Assembly (NCBI GenBank): GCA_022709405.1
Contig: JAKLIV010000004.1
Location: 6,652-70,651 of the forward strand
Length of the DNA stretch: 64,000 nt
Reading direction: 5' to 3'
DNA from: Spirochaetota bacterium
GTDB taxonomy: Bacteria > Spirochaetota > UBA4802 > UBA5550
Shown: positions 15,830-25,680 of the stretch, piece after piece
Layout: every line of letters begins with the position of its first letter
How positions within the stretch are numbered: the stretch's first letter is position 1
Translations under genes and position numbers: made by a program
The notes under the pieces: model-generated
Told to the model about the DNA's origin: nothing
The model's database searches: none
What the model saw: only the letters and a program-made list of their open reading frames with translations

Positions 15830-15868
15830 AAAACCACCCCCGGGGCCTGGCTTTGCGGGTGGTTTTTT
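15830..15868 (+). terminator. Rho-independent terminator
   Basis: AAACCACCC (15831-15839) pairs with GGGTGGTTT (15857-15865), running into a T6 tract. Confidence 0.65.
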
Positions 15869-15889
15869 ACAGGGGCTTTAACCGTGATA

Positions 15890-16441
15890 ATGGATCACAT
15901 CAACTATCTGAAAACGATCATCGAGACAATGATCGTGGGACGCGACGGGACCGGGACCCCGCTGAACGGGAAGTTTCTTGAAGTGTATCCCAGACCGGCG
16001 GAGATCAAGCGGTCGTGCCCCTGCGCATGCCTGGGTCATCGTCCCGGCAAGACGACGGAAAACGGAACGTTCATCGATCGCAATCTCAATAAGGATGACG
16101 ACGAGATCGTTCTGACCAGGCGGCTCTATGACGCCGACGGCGTGTATCAGATAGACTTTTACAGCACCGATATTTATGACCTGATTGAAAAGGACAACAG
16201 CTATCGGGGATTTTTAAAACAGTTCATGTCGCTGATCGCCGAGAACAGCGTCTTCGCCGCGGCGTCAGATGCGAGGGCAATACGGGTCAAGCTCGGCCCT
16301 TTCGGGCTTATTGATACGAACATTGTCGTTGACGATGTATATAAAGCTTTTTGCCAGGTGGTGTTCAAGGACGGAGTCGATGAGGACACGACCGTCCCGC
16401 GGATCACCGGCGCTACAATAAACGATGGAGGAGTCTCATGA
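15890..16441 (+). CDS. Tail completion / sheath-terminator candidate
   Basis: 184-aa ORF immediately upstream of the sheath block. The start was moved to ATG 15890 because the upstream part overlaps the terminator. Confidence 0.4.
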   Translation: MDHINYLKTIIETMIVGRDGTGTPLNGKFLEVYPRPAEIKRSCPCACLGHRPGKTTENGTFIDRNLNKDDDEIVLTRRLYDADGVYQIDFYSTDIYDLIEKDNSYRGFLKQFMSLIAENSVFAAASDARAIRVKLGPFGLIDTNIVVDDVYKAFCQVVFKDGVDEDTTVPRITGATINDGGVS

Positions 16442-16689
16442 CAGACAAAGAAAAGGACAAAGGATTTTCGGTAATAAACGGAAACGGCGAGAAAAAAAAC
16501 GAAGCGTCAGTTTCTACAACAGCTTCGGACGGCAAGATCACCTTTGAGGGGCTTGTCAAAGCATACGGCCTTTCACGGGCGATCGCCGCCGGTGTGCGCG
16601 CGGCCATGAATGTTAAGGCCGACGGGACCGTCAGGGAAGCCGATTTTGTCGCCGCCTTGAAAAAATTCACCGGCGCAGTGCCGCAATAA
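16438..16689 (+). CDS. Hypothetical protein (83 aa)
   Basis: Coupled ORF (ATGA overlap) before the sheath gene. Confidence 0.4.
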   Translation: MTDKEKDKGFSVINGNGEKKNEASVSTTASDGKITFEGLVKAYGLSRAIAAGVRAAMNVKADGTVREADFVAALKKFTGAVPQ

Positions 16690-16707
16690 GCATAAGGAGG
16701 AACAAGC

Positions 16708-18081
16708 ATGGACAGTCCAGTAACGGTTAATCTTGCCGACGGGCGGCTGGGACAGGGCGATGAGTTCGCCGACGGGCTGCACGTTAAAATCGGTGTCGCA
16801 GAGGGCGGCAGCGCGAACACGGTCTACGCGATCGCCAGCAGACGTGAAACGATCGCGCGGTTCGGGGCCGGAGCCCTGGTTGACAGCCTTACCAGGCATT
16901 TTGAAGAAGGCGGAAAGGCCCTTTTCGCCATGCGGCCCACCAACAGTCTCGCCGGATCGATCGGATCGGTCACCCAATCGGGGACCGGCCCCTTGTTGAC
17001 CCCGACTGGAACGCCAACCGGCGCGAGGAGCTTCAAGGTCCAGATCGTCGCTGGCGGGGCCGCTGAAACGGCGACCTATCGCTATTCAAACGACGGCGGC
17101 GTCACCTGGTCGTCGATATACACCACTCCCGCACAGGGGTCTTCGATCGTGCTTACCGATGGGGTTACCATCTCCTTCGGCACCGGGACCTTCGCCGCCG
17201 GCGAGGAATACACCTTCGCCACAACGGCACCGAACGCGGCTGCGGCGGACTTCATCGACGCTATTGACGCCGTGCGCGCCGCATACAATCCGGCATCCTG
17301 CGCGTACACGTTTATTCATATCGTGGGCGGTTTCGCGCGGACATTCTGGGAGTCGGTGAAATCAACGCTGGCCGATTTCGAAACCGCGAGAATATTTGTG
17401 AACTTCATCCTGGAATATCCCGCGTATGCTTCGGGCGACGTCGACGCCTATCTTCAGACGATGCTCGATGAATACAGGCTCTTCCAGGAAAAACGCATTT
17501 CAGTCGTCGGCGGGTATATCAGGTACGGCGACGACTCCGTTTACCGGAGCGCTGCGATTTTACTGTGCGCGAACCTTTCCCGCTGCAGGACGAACATCCA
17601 TCCAGGATGGGTCAACGCGTTCAAATCGCTGACCGGGAAAGAGATACGTCACTGGACCGAAATCCAGGACTTCATCAATGATCTTGACGGCGCGAACGTG
17701 ATCCTTGCGGTGCAATACCCGAACTGGGACGGCATTTACATCAAGAAGGACCACCTGATGGGACCGAGCACGTCGGATTACCAGACCATCCATGATCTGC
17801 GCCCTGCAGACAAGGTGCGACGCCTGGCGTATTCGAAGATCATGCCGTTCGTCAACGCCGACGCCGAAGGCTCCGACAGCGGCGTCGATTCGCTCATCGC
17901 CGAAATCGATCTCGCGATTTCCCAGGCGATGGAGGACCCGGCGAAAAAGGAAATCAAGGGACACACGACGCGGCTGACTTTCAATGCCTCGACGAAAGCC
18001 GTGACCGGATCGATCGACATCCAGCCGAAAGGCACCATGGAGACGATCACGGTCGACGTCGGCTATACCAGAGAATCATAA
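16708..18081 (+). CDS. Tail sheath protein
   Basis: 457 aa, AAGGAGGA upstream, followed by tube, chaperone and tape-measure genes in the canonical contractile-tail order. Confidence 0.7.
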   Translation: MDSPVTVNLADGRLGQGDEFADGLHVKIGVAEGGSANTVYAIASRRETIARFGAGALVDSLTRHFEEGGKALFAMRPTNSLAGSIGSVTQSGTGPLLTPTGTPTGARSFKVQIVAGGAAETATYRYSNDGGVTWSSIYTTPAQGSSIVLTDGVTISFGTGTFAAGEEYTFATTAPNAAAADFIDAIDAVRAAYNPASCAYTFIHIVGGFARTFWESVKSTLADFETARIFVNFILEYPAYASGDVDAYLQTMLDEYRLFQEKRISVVGGYIRYGDDSVYRSAAILLCANLSRCRTNIHPGWVNAFKSLTGKEIRHWTEIQDFINDLDGANVILAVQYPNWDGIYIKKDHLMGPSTSDYQTIHDLRPADKVRRLAYSKIMPFVNADAEGSDSGVDSLIAEIDLAISQAMEDPAKKEIKGHTTRLTFNASTKAVTGSIDIQPKGTMETITVDVGYTRES

Positions 18082-18096
18082 GAGGAGGAGGATGAG

Positions 18097-18531
18097 ATGA
18101 GCGGAGAAAATCAAGTTTATTCCTGGAAGGATTACACCGCCACGGTCAATGGACGGACCCTTATCGGTATCGATTCAATTGATTGCGATATCGAAAAAAA
18201 GGTCGAGTCAGTATATGGCAAGGGCGACACGCCGATCGGATTCGGGACCGGCAATAAAAAATCTTCGGGTAAGCTGACCATCACCGAAGAGGAATACGCT
18301 GTATTACAGAAGGCCGCCGTCGACGCGGGGCTGAATGACCTGACCGACCTGCCGCCGTTCCCGATCGTGGGACTGCTCGAAAAGAAAAACGGGGAAAAAA
18401 TTAAAACGAAATACCCCGCGGTAAAGATCAAAAAGGTCGGCATGAAAAAGAAACAGGACGACACGAAGTTCACCAGGGACATCGACTTCGAGAACCTGGT
18501 CATGCCGGTCGAAACCCCAATAGGAGTGTAA
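18097..18531 (+). CDS. Tail tube protein
   Basis: 144 aa directly after the sheath gene. XkdM-like in size and position. Confidence 0.65.
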   Translation: MSGENQVYSWKDYTATVNGRTLIGIDSIDCDIEKKVESVYGKGDTPIGFGTGNKKSSGKLTITEEEYAVLQKAAVDAGLNDLTDLPPFPIVGLLEKKNGEKIKTKYPAVKIKKVGMKKKQDDTKFTRDIDFENLVMPVETPIGV

Positions 18532-18535
18532 GGAC

Positions 18536-18874
18536 ATGGAAAATCATCGTATTTCACCGGATCAACTTCTCGAAATGGCCGATCAGATCGCGAGGTGGAA
18601 AGAGGACCATAAAAACGTCATACTGGTCTCTCTCGCCGATGACCCGATCGACATCATCTGCAAGGTTCCGAACCAGGATGACGTGAAGGTGGCAAATCGA
18701 CTCGCGGACAACATGGATAAGAACAGGCAGCTGGTGCTGTCCTGTCTCCTGTATCCGAAGCTTGATGTGTTCAACGGAATTCTTGAGGAGAAGGCCGGGA
18801 TCGTCGTTCCTATCTCTGATCGGCTGATTAAAGAATATGGTGCGGCGCAGGACACGACGGCAAAAAAGTTGTAA
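18536..18874 (+). CDS. Tail assembly chaperone (gpG-like, short form)
   Basis: 112 aa between the tube and tape-measure genes. It ends …AKKL* across an A_AAA_AAG heptamer. Confidence 0.65.
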   Translation: MENHRISPDQLLEMADQIARWKEDHKNVILVSLADDPIDIICKVPNQDDVKVANRLADNMDKNRQLVLSCLLYPKLDVFNGILEEKAGIVVPISDRLIKEYGAAQDTTAKKL

Positions 18875-19065
18875 GCGAGCGGCGCAACGAGCTTGACCTG
18901 GGGGCCGGGGAGATCGCGCTGGCGAGGAAATATTTCCCGCTGGTTGATTACGACAACCTCTCCTTCGAAGACCAGGTCAGGCTCAGGGTCGACGCGGTGT
19001 ATCTCGAACATCGCGAGATGCAGAAAATTGCCGAGCTCATCGCGGCACTATTCGGAGGGAAGTGA
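18536..19065 (+). CDS. Tail assembly chaperone, predicted -1 frameshift product (gpGT-like)
   Basis: The -1 frame is open from 18832 to TGA 19063-19065. Slipping at 18862-18868 appends …KKVVSERRNELDLGAGEIALARKYFPLVDYDNLSFEDQVRLRVDAVYLEHREMQKIAELIAALFGGK. Confidence 0.55.
18862..18868 (+). promoter_or_regulatory. -1 programmed frameshift slippery heptamer A_AAA_AAG
   Basis: The zero-frame codons are gcA AAA AAG, the same heptamer as in E. coli dnaX. Confidence 0.6.
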
Positions 19066-21216
19066 TTGGACGCAGTATACAAACTTGGGACCGCCCTGAC
19101 GCTCAAAGACGCGATCACCGCGCCTTTTGACCGTATCACTTCGAACGCAGAAAAGCTGAAGTCAAAGTTCGGTGAACTTGACGGCGGCATGAAAAAGTTC
19201 GAGAACAGCATGAAATCGTTGAAAATCGGCGGTGGCATGATGGCGGCCGGGGCCGGGATGACGTATTTTACCAAGACCCTCCTTGATGCGAACCGGGAAA
19301 CGTCGAAAATGCAGGCCAATCTTCGGTCGCTTGACCTTGGCGATTCGGCTATCGCGTCTATCACAAAATCGGCGGTCAAGTCGAGCGAAACCTTCGGCGT
19401 GGCCCGTAACGAGTTTCTCGATGCGGCTTATGACATTAAATCGGGAATCGAGACGATCAATGACGCCGAAATCGGGAAGTTCACCGAGACCGTGGCGCAA
19501 ACGGCGGTCGCGACAAAAGGATCGACCAAACAGTTTGCATCTCTTTTCGGAACGATTTACAACCAGAATAAAAAATTTTATGAGGGAATGAGCGACAGTA
19601 ACTTCGGAGTCCTTATCGGGAATTCATTGTCCTTCGCGGTGAAGATGTACAAGACTGAAGGATCGAAAATGCAGCAGGCGATCGAAAGCATTTCAGGCGC
19701 TGCTGCCGCTGCCGGATACGACATGGCGGAGCAGTTCAATGTTCTCGGATCACTGCAGAACGTCATGCAGGCCGGAGAAGCCGGGACCGGTTTCAGGGCG
19801 TTTATCGGTAAAGCGACAGAAGCCTCTCAGAAGCTCAGGCTTTCCTTTCACAACCAGCAGGGCCAGCTTTTACCTGTCGCTGATATTCTTGATCGCCTTC
19901 GAGGAAAATTCGGAGACGTTCTGACCGCTTCTGAAAAACTCGATCTGGTGAAAGCTTTCGGCAGCGAAGAGGCCATGAAGCTCATCGACAACCTCTGGGA
20001 CAAATCGGGGAAACTGCGAACGAACATCGATGCGCTCAGAAACGCCAAGGGGTCTGAATTCCTGGAAAAGATGGCAGCCGCCAACCTCGCGAACCTTGAT
20101 ACACAACTGGTTAACCTGGGAAATTCATGGGACAATTTAAAATCGACTTTCGGCGGCGGAATGGGTGAAGGACTTATGCCTTTTTTTGATATTTTAAAAT
20201 CAGGGATCAGTCTCATCAATGAATTTGCCATGTCCCACCCAAAACTTACTAAATGGGTTGGAGTGTTGTTTGCAGTTGGTTCAGCAGTCGTTTTTGTAGG
20301 TGGTGGTTTGATGACACTTAAAGCAATCAATGGATTGTATACTCTTTCTCAGGTTGCCGCTGGCAATGCAACAAATGTAAGCGCCCTCTCACTTATAAGA
20401 CAACGCATTGCATTGATAGCTTCAGCAACGGCTACAAAACTTTCAGCAGCAGCGCACTGGGTTCATAACGCAGCACTCTCGACAACGGCCTGGGGGTCTC
20501 TTGCTGCGGGTGTTGCTAAATACACCATCGCATTGGGGGCACATCAAGTTGCAGTGCTTGCATCAGCGGGTGCCTCAAAAATCGCAGCAGCTGCTCAATG
20601 GCTTTGGAATGCCGCATTTATTGCCAGTCCAATCGGGTGGATTGTTGTTGGTGTTGCAGCTCTCGGTGCTGGCGCATATATGTTGATAAAACATTGGACT
20701 GCGGTAAAAACATTTTTTACCGGGTTCTGGAACTGGATAAGCAATATATTCGGAAATGCCTGGTCGAAATTTAAAAACTTCGGCGCGAAACTGATCTCGA
20801 CCTTTTTTGAGGGGATAAAAGAAAAGGCCCCCTGGCTGGCCTCGGCATTCGATAAACTCATGGGCGATGGGATCGGGAAAAAACTCCCGCATTCAGATGC
20901 CCAGGAAGGCCCATTCAGCAAGCTGTCATATTCAGGTCGTGCGCTTATAACGACATTCAATACCGGCATCGAACAGGAGGCGCGCCGAACACCGGCGGTC
21001 ACTCCATATATGAAAAACACCATGAACACTCTTTCTGGCCAGGGGAATGGTCCCGTAGCCGGAGGACCCCAGCGCGGAGGGCTCACCATCAGCGTCGCAA
21101 ACCTTATCGGGACACTTACCATGGGAGGCCAGACAAAAACAGGGACGATCGATGATCTCGCCAGGGTCATGGCGCGGGCGATACATAACGAACTTTTGAG
21201 GTATGGCAATGGTTAG
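19066..21216 (+). CDS. Tail tape measure protein
   Basis: 716 aa, helical, with an internal hydrophobic Ala/Gly-rich segment. It lies after the chaperone pair. The TTG start directly follows the frameshift-product stop. Confidence 0.85.
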   Translation: MDAVYKLGTALTLKDAITAPFDRITSNAEKLKSKFGELDGGMKKFENSMKSLKIGGGMMAAGAGMTYFTKTLLDANRETSKMQANLRSLDLGDSAIASITKSAVKSSETFGVARNEFLDAAYDIKSGIETINDAEIGKFTETVAQTAVATKGSTKQFASLFGTIYNQNKKFYEGMSDSNFGVLIGNSLSFAVKMYKTEGSKMQQAIESISGAAAAAGYDMAEQFNVLGSLQNVMQAGEAGTGFRAFIGKATEASQKLRLSFHNQQGQLLPVADILDRLRGKFGDVLTASEKLDLVKAFGSEEAMKLIDNLWDKSGKLRTNIDALRNAKGSEFLEKMAAANLANLDTQLVNLGNSWDNLKSTFGGGMGEGLMPFFDILKSGISLINEFAMSHPKLTKWVGVLFAVGSAVVFVGGGLMTLKAINGLYTLSQVAAGNATNVSALSLIRQRIALIASATATKLSAAAHWVHNAALSTTAWGSLAAGVAKYTIALGAHQVAVLASAGASKIAAAAQWLWNAAFIASPIGWIVVGVAALGAGAYMLIKHWTAVKTFFTGFWNWISNIFGNAWSKFKNFGAKLISTFFEGIKEKAPWLASAFDKLMGDGIGKKLPHSDAQEGPFSKLSYSGRALITTFNTGIEQEARRTPAVTPYMKNTMNTLSGQGNGPVAGGPQRGGLTISVANLIGTLTMGGQTKTGTIDDLARVMARAIHNELLRYGNG

Positions 21217-21628
21217 CGGCGGCATCATCCCCCAGCCAGCGGTTTCCCCGCTCGCTATCAACGGTTTTGTATTCCCTATCGAGCCGCTGGTCGACGTTCG
21301 CGGCGGGAAGAACATCGTCAAGACCACGGTCCCCGGACTCGACGGGACCGTGAAAGAATTCCTGGGATTTGATGATTACGTCATCATGGTCAACGTCATC
21401 ATCGAGGGAGCGACACGTAGCGACGTCCTCGCGCAGCTCGAGGCTGTCATTAAAATCTGGAAGATCGAAGAATCACTCGTGATCCTGTGTCCGAAGACCG
21501 CCGAATACGGAATCGACCGAGTCGTGTTTGAATCGTTCGATCATCCCGAGACCGAAGGGATGCCCAGCACCGAAAGATTGACCCTGCGGTTCGTGTCCGA
21601 CAAAGAATATGATTTCGAGGTTATATAA
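21203..21628 (+). CDS. Hypothetical distal tail protein
   Basis: 141-aa ORF overlapping the tape-measure 3' end. Confidence 0.4.
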   Translation: MAMVSGGIIPQPAVSPLAINGFVFPIEPLVDVRGGKNIVKTTVPGLDGTVKEFLGFDDYVIMVNVIIEGATRSDVLAQLEAVIKIWKIEESLVILCPKTAEYGIDRVVFESFDHPETEGMPSTERLTLRFVSDKEYDFEVI

Positions 21629-22032
21629 TGTACTGTTCGGTTATCCACACCTACACCACCACCGCGCAGGACACCCTTTATAAAATCACCTGTAAATTCT
21701 ACTGGCACTGGTGGCTGTGGAAAATCATCTACGACTACAACCGCGAGGCACTGGGAGCGGACTATCAAAATGTCATACCGCTGGTTCCGGCCGGGGTCAC
21801 GATCAGGATTCTCGATCTGAACACCGAACCGATATCTCATACGATCGTATCGGGAGATACATGGCAGTCCCTTTCAAAATATTACTGGGGCACCGAAAGT
21901 CACTGGATCAACATCGCGATCGAAAACGACTGGAAACACCTGGTCGAGGGTGAGACCTGCGTGATCCCCGCGCTGGTAACAAAAAAAGACCTGAAGCAGG
22001 CAGAGGAGCTACGACGCCGTGTTGGTGCTTGA
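21628..22032 (+). CDS. LysM-like tail protein (P2 gpX / XkdP-like)
   Basis: Two LysM-like segments: …YTTTAQDTLYKITCKFY… and …HTIVSGDTWQSLSKYYWG…. Confidence 0.55.
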   Translation: MYCSVIHTYTTTAQDTLYKITCKFYWHWWLWKIIYDYNREALGADYQNVIPLVPAGVTIRILDLNTEPISHTIVSGDTWQSLSKYYWGTESHWINIAIENDWKHLVEGETCVIPALVTKKDLKQAEELRRRVGA

Positions 22033-22954
22033 GCATTATCTTAAGATCGGGAATAAAATTTTTCCCGGCGTAAACGATGTGGTCATCGAATCGACCCGTG
22101 AATCGATTTCCGATATTTGCACCATCGACCTGCCGAAATACCGAAAGCTGCAACCTTCGGATGTCAAACAGGGCGACGTGGTGATTTTCCGCGCCGGGTA
22201 CCGACAATACGGTTTGCAAGACGAGTTCCATGGCGTTGTCAGCGAAGTGACCCCCACCCAGCCGCTGACCGTCAAGGCTGAGGACTATTTCTATTATCTC
22301 CGCGATATTGTTTCAACAACATACAAAAAAATGTACGCAGGGGACATTGTGAAACAGCTCTGCCAGGGAACTTCAATAGACACATCCAGAGTCCAGCAGG
22401 GAATTTTCATCACCTACAAGCCATATCAGAACGTTTCAAAGCGTTTCATCGTCCAGGACCTGGCGAAGAGATGCGGATTCGATGCTCACATGCTGGGGAA
22501 ATATTTGATTTTCAATAAACCTTTCGCCGACATGGGTTCAAAAATCCCGGTATTCAAATATGGGCTGAATATCATAGACGAGAGACTGACGTTCAGGACC
22601 GACTGCGATTATGACCGGGTCGTGGTGATTTCCGAACAGACTGATGGTTCAGGAAAAATATTCAAGGGTGTCGCCGGATCAGGGAAGAAGACCCTGACCG
22701 TATACCTGGACAATCTCGGGAAAGACACTGCGATCGAGCGTGCGAAGGAAATCTATGATGAAATATCATACATGGGTTTTACCGGAGATTTTACTACATT
22801 CGGATACCCTTCGGTGCATCATTCATCAGTGATAAAAGTCGAGGATGAGCGGTTCCCGCAGAAAAACGGTAATTACCAGGTTGATAAACTGACCAAGAAA
22901 TACGGCGGCGGGGGGTATCGCCAGGAGATAACTCTCGGGAAGAAGGTCGCATGA
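22019..22954 (+). CDS. Baseplate hub / late-control-D-like protein (XkdQ-like)
   Basis: 311 aa after the LysM protein, matching PBSX/P2-type gene order. GTG start. Confidence 0.5.
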   Translation: MLVLEHYLKIGNKIFPGVNDVVIESTRESISDICTIDLPKYRKLQPSDVKQGDVVIFRAGYRQYGLQDEFHGVVSEVTPTQPLTVKAEDYFYYLRDIVSTTYKKMYAGDIVKQLCQGTSIDTSRVQQGIFITYKPYQNVSKRFIVQDLAKRCGFDAHMLGKYLIFNKPFADMGSKIPVFKYGLNIIDERLTFRTDCDYDRVVVISEQTDGSGKIFKGVAGSGKKTLTVYLDNLGKDTAIERAKEIYDEISYMGFTGDFTTFGYPSVHHSSVIKVEDERFPQKNGNYQVDKLTKKYGGGGYRQEITLGKKVA

Positions 22955-23565
22955 TTCCAGGATCGGAAAATTTGATAAAAGAAATCCAACGGGCCGCGGC
23001 CGCCGGTCAAAATTACTATTTTCCGGTACGCTGCAAGGTCCAGTCGGTTGATGAAACGAATTATATGATCACCGCAATCAAGGTCGAGGACGAAAGCGAA
23101 TCAGCTGCGCCGGTTTACGACGCATATCTTCGCGCATCCACCGTCGGCGGCCTGGGGGTAATTCTGGTCCCGGAAAAAGACTCGATCGTGGTGATCGCGT
23201 TTCCTGGAAATAAAAACGAGCAGGCTGTGGTGATCCAGTATTCAAAAATTGAAAAGATAATTTTTAACGTGAAAACATCAATCGAATTCAAGATCGACGG
23301 AGCGGATGCTTCAGTTCTGACGATCGATTCAAACGGGATTGTACAGGGAAAAAGCGACAGTGCGGAACCGGCCCTTCTTGGCGATAAGATGAAAACCTGG
23401 GCAAAAAAAGTCGACCAGGCGTTGAATGCGATCGTCCAGTGGGGGGCAACCGGCGTAGCGGGAACAGGCGGCACATCCGATAGCGGAGGCATATCCCCTC
23501 TTGGCGGGGTGGAGCTCCCTTCGTTCGATGACGCGACATTATCAGAAACGAACAAGGTGTCATGA
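22951..23565 (+). CDS. Baseplate spike / gpV-like protein
   Basis: 204 aa in the baseplate block, with a Gly-rich C-terminal region. Confidence 0.45.
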   Translation: MIPGSENLIKEIQRAAAAGQNYYFPVRCKVQSVDETNYMITAIKVEDESESAAPVYDAYLRASTVGGLGVILVPEKDSIVVIAFPGNKNEQAVVIQYSKIEKIIFNVKTSIEFKIDGADASVLTIDSNGIVQGKSDSAEPALLGDKMKTWAKKVDQALNAIVQWGATGVAGTGGTSDSGGISPLGGVELPSFDDATLSETNKVS

Positions 23566-23966
23566 TGGCTGATTTTCTGGGAGACGATATTCTGATCAAT
23601 GACGATCTCGACGCGGTGATCGCCGTGGGCAGCGGCGATTTCAGCACCGTCAGCGGCGTCGACTGCGTGGTGCAGGACATTATCGAGGAATTATCTTTCC
23701 CCTATGGGGACGATCCATCGAATCCGGGCCGGGGCAATCGTCTCATGCAGTTCACCAACTGTGATGCCGACGATCAGCTTGCGGCCATAGAAATGGCGCA
23801 GGAGGTCAAGGCAGTTTTGTATCGTGACCCGCGGGTAAAAGCCGGGTCGGTACAAGTCACGGCAACACCGGGAGCGGAAGGATCGGTCGTAATATCGTTC
23901 ACGACAATTTCAGGCCAGGTTAAAGAAAACTTGGTCGTCCCGATATCCAGCGAGGTACGGTTATGA
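23562..23966 (+). CDS. Baseplate wedge protein, gpW/gp25-like
   Basis: 134 aa immediately before the baseplate J gene, in the XkdS/gp25 position. Confidence 0.55.
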   Translation: MMADFLGDDILINDDLDAVIAVGSGDFSTVSGVDCVVQDIIEELSFPYGDDPSNPGRGNRLMQFTNCDADDQLAAIEMAQEVKAVLYRDPRVKAGSVQVTATPGAEGSVVISFTTISGQVKENLVVPISSEVRL

Positions 23967-25093
23967 AAATTACCTATACACAGGACGAGGTTCAAGAATC
24001 CCTGCTTCAAAACATCAATGATGACGATGTGCTGAAAAAAGTCATGAAAGTGAATCTCAATGTCGTCGGGAAAATACGGGCGATCATGGGCTCGCTTGCA
24101 AGGGTGATCGTTGATTTTATTTTCACCCTGATGCTGTCTATTTACAATAACATTTTTATCTATTCAGCTGACCGGGAAGCTTTGATCTCCCACCTGGCTG
24201 ATCGCGGTCTTGAATCATGGAAACAGGCGCACAAGTCTTCGGGTACGGTCCGTATCGGCTCACAGTCGCAACCAACGGCAGCCATCCCGATTCCGGCCCT
24301 CGCGATTGTTTCAACTGAAGGCGATAACTCGGATGACATCAAGCAATTCATTCTGTTAAACGCCGGATCAATCAATGCCGCAACCCCTGCCGATTCGAAA
24401 GGTTTTTATACTGTTGAAATATCTATTGAATCGATCGCTGAAGGAGCAGACTGCAATGTCCCGGCTGATTCAATAACCAAATTCATCACGGATATCCCCG
24501 GTATTGACGTTGTGTACAATCCGGCACAGACGGCATACGGGCGCGATGAGGAGACCATCAGCGAAGTCCGCGAACGATGCGTCACTCGTGATAATGCGAT
24601 TTATCGGGGGATGCTGTCATGGTTCGTTTCTGAAACGCAAAACTTTTCATTTGTGACCGAAGCGATCGCCGTGCCGCGTTATGATGGACGAGGCACAATC
24701 GGGATCGCGTTTCTAACACCTTCGGGAATCCCGACTTCAGAGCAGATCTCGGAAGTTCAGGCGCATTTCAACGACGACGACATGGACCCGGCAGGCGCAT
24801 ATACGGTTATCGTTTTCACAATGTCGACAAAGATTTGGGACGCGTCGATTACTGTATACTATTCAGGGGACGAACCGACTGATGAGGACCTGAATGATGC
24901 CATCGCCCTTTATTTCGAACAACTCGAACGAGGGGAGGACATTATTTCAGACCAGATCGACACTACAATCATTGAAAATGTCGGCGGGATAAAATCCGTT
25001 GATATTACTTCTCATTCGGGATTTGCGGTCGGTGAGTATGAATATCCGGTTAAGGGCACGATAACATGGACCAAGGTTGCTTATGCTGAATAG
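23963..25093 (+). CDS. Baseplate J-like protein
   Basis: 376 aa in the canonical gpJ/XkdT position, coupled to its flanking genes. Confidence 0.65.
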   Translation: MKITYTQDEVQESLLQNINDDDVLKKVMKVNLNVVGKIRAIMGSLARVIVDFIFTLMLSIYNNIFIYSADREALISHLADRGLESWKQAHKSSGTVRIGSQSQPTAAIPIPALAIVSTEGDNSDDIKQFILLNAGSINAATPADSKGFYTVEISIESIAEGADCNVPADSITKFITDIPGIDVVYNPAQTAYGRDEETISEVRERCVTRDNAIYRGMLSWFVSETQNFSFVTEAIAVPRYDGRGTIGIAFLTPSGIPTSEQISEVQAHFNDDDMDPAGAYTVIVFTMSTKIWDASITVYYSGDEPTDEDLNDAIALYFEQLERGEDIISDQIDTTIIENVGGIKSVDITSHSGFAVGEYEYPVKGTITWTKVAYAE

Positions 25094-25670
25094 ATACTCT
25101 CTTAATTTCGATGATCAGGTGTGGAGGAATATCCGGATTACTTTCAGGAAAACCGGGTCAACGTCGATCTGGTATCGCTTTATCAAATCGCTGGTTACCT
25201 ATTTTTCCGGGACACTCATTGATATATCGAACTATGTCTACAGCCAGATATTCCTTGAGCACTGCAATTATGCATCGCTTAAAAAAGCGGGCCGTGGATA
25301 CAGGCTATACCCCAAGCCGGGGGAAACGGTAGAGACTTTCAGAAAAAGGATTCAACTGAAAAGAAGGTTATTGAGCCTGCCGCCTTCGACCGCCCTCATT
25401 AAAAGCATCTTTTCTATATACTGTGATTGTGATGCAGTAATTACAAAAACGAAACTGATGACTAATGTATTCACCATCGGAGTCACGCCGATCGGTGTCG
25501 GGAAAATTGTCAGCAGTAATTATTTACGCTTTTCGTATAGTGTTTTATTACCTGATTTAACAGGCCAGGAGATTGATCGTGATTATATCAAAAAGGTCAT
25601 TGATGAGTTCAACCCTAACAACGAAGCATTCATCTATGAGAATCGGCCCTTGGGGCTGTGGCAATGGTAG
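25077..25670 (+). CDS. gpI/XkdU-like baseplate protein
   Basis: ~195 aa after baseplate J. Alternative ATG at 25083. Confidence 0.45.
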   Translation: MLMLNRYSLNFDDQVWRNIRITFRKTGSTSIWYRFIKSLVTYFSGTLIDISNYVYSQIFLEHCNYASLKKAGRGYRLYPKPGETVETFRKRIQLKRRLLSLPPSTALIKSIFSIYCDCDAVITKTKLMTNVFTIGVTPIGVGKIVSSNYLRFSYSVLLPDLTGQEIDRDYIKKVIDEFNPNNEAFIYENRPLGLWQW

Positions 25671-25680
25671 GAGGTAAAAC

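Noticed and set aside
18893-19099. 68-aa ORF between the chaperone and tape measure genes
   Set aside because: The translation is R/S-rich. The region is explained by the -1 frameshift extension of the chaperone, which is in a different frame.
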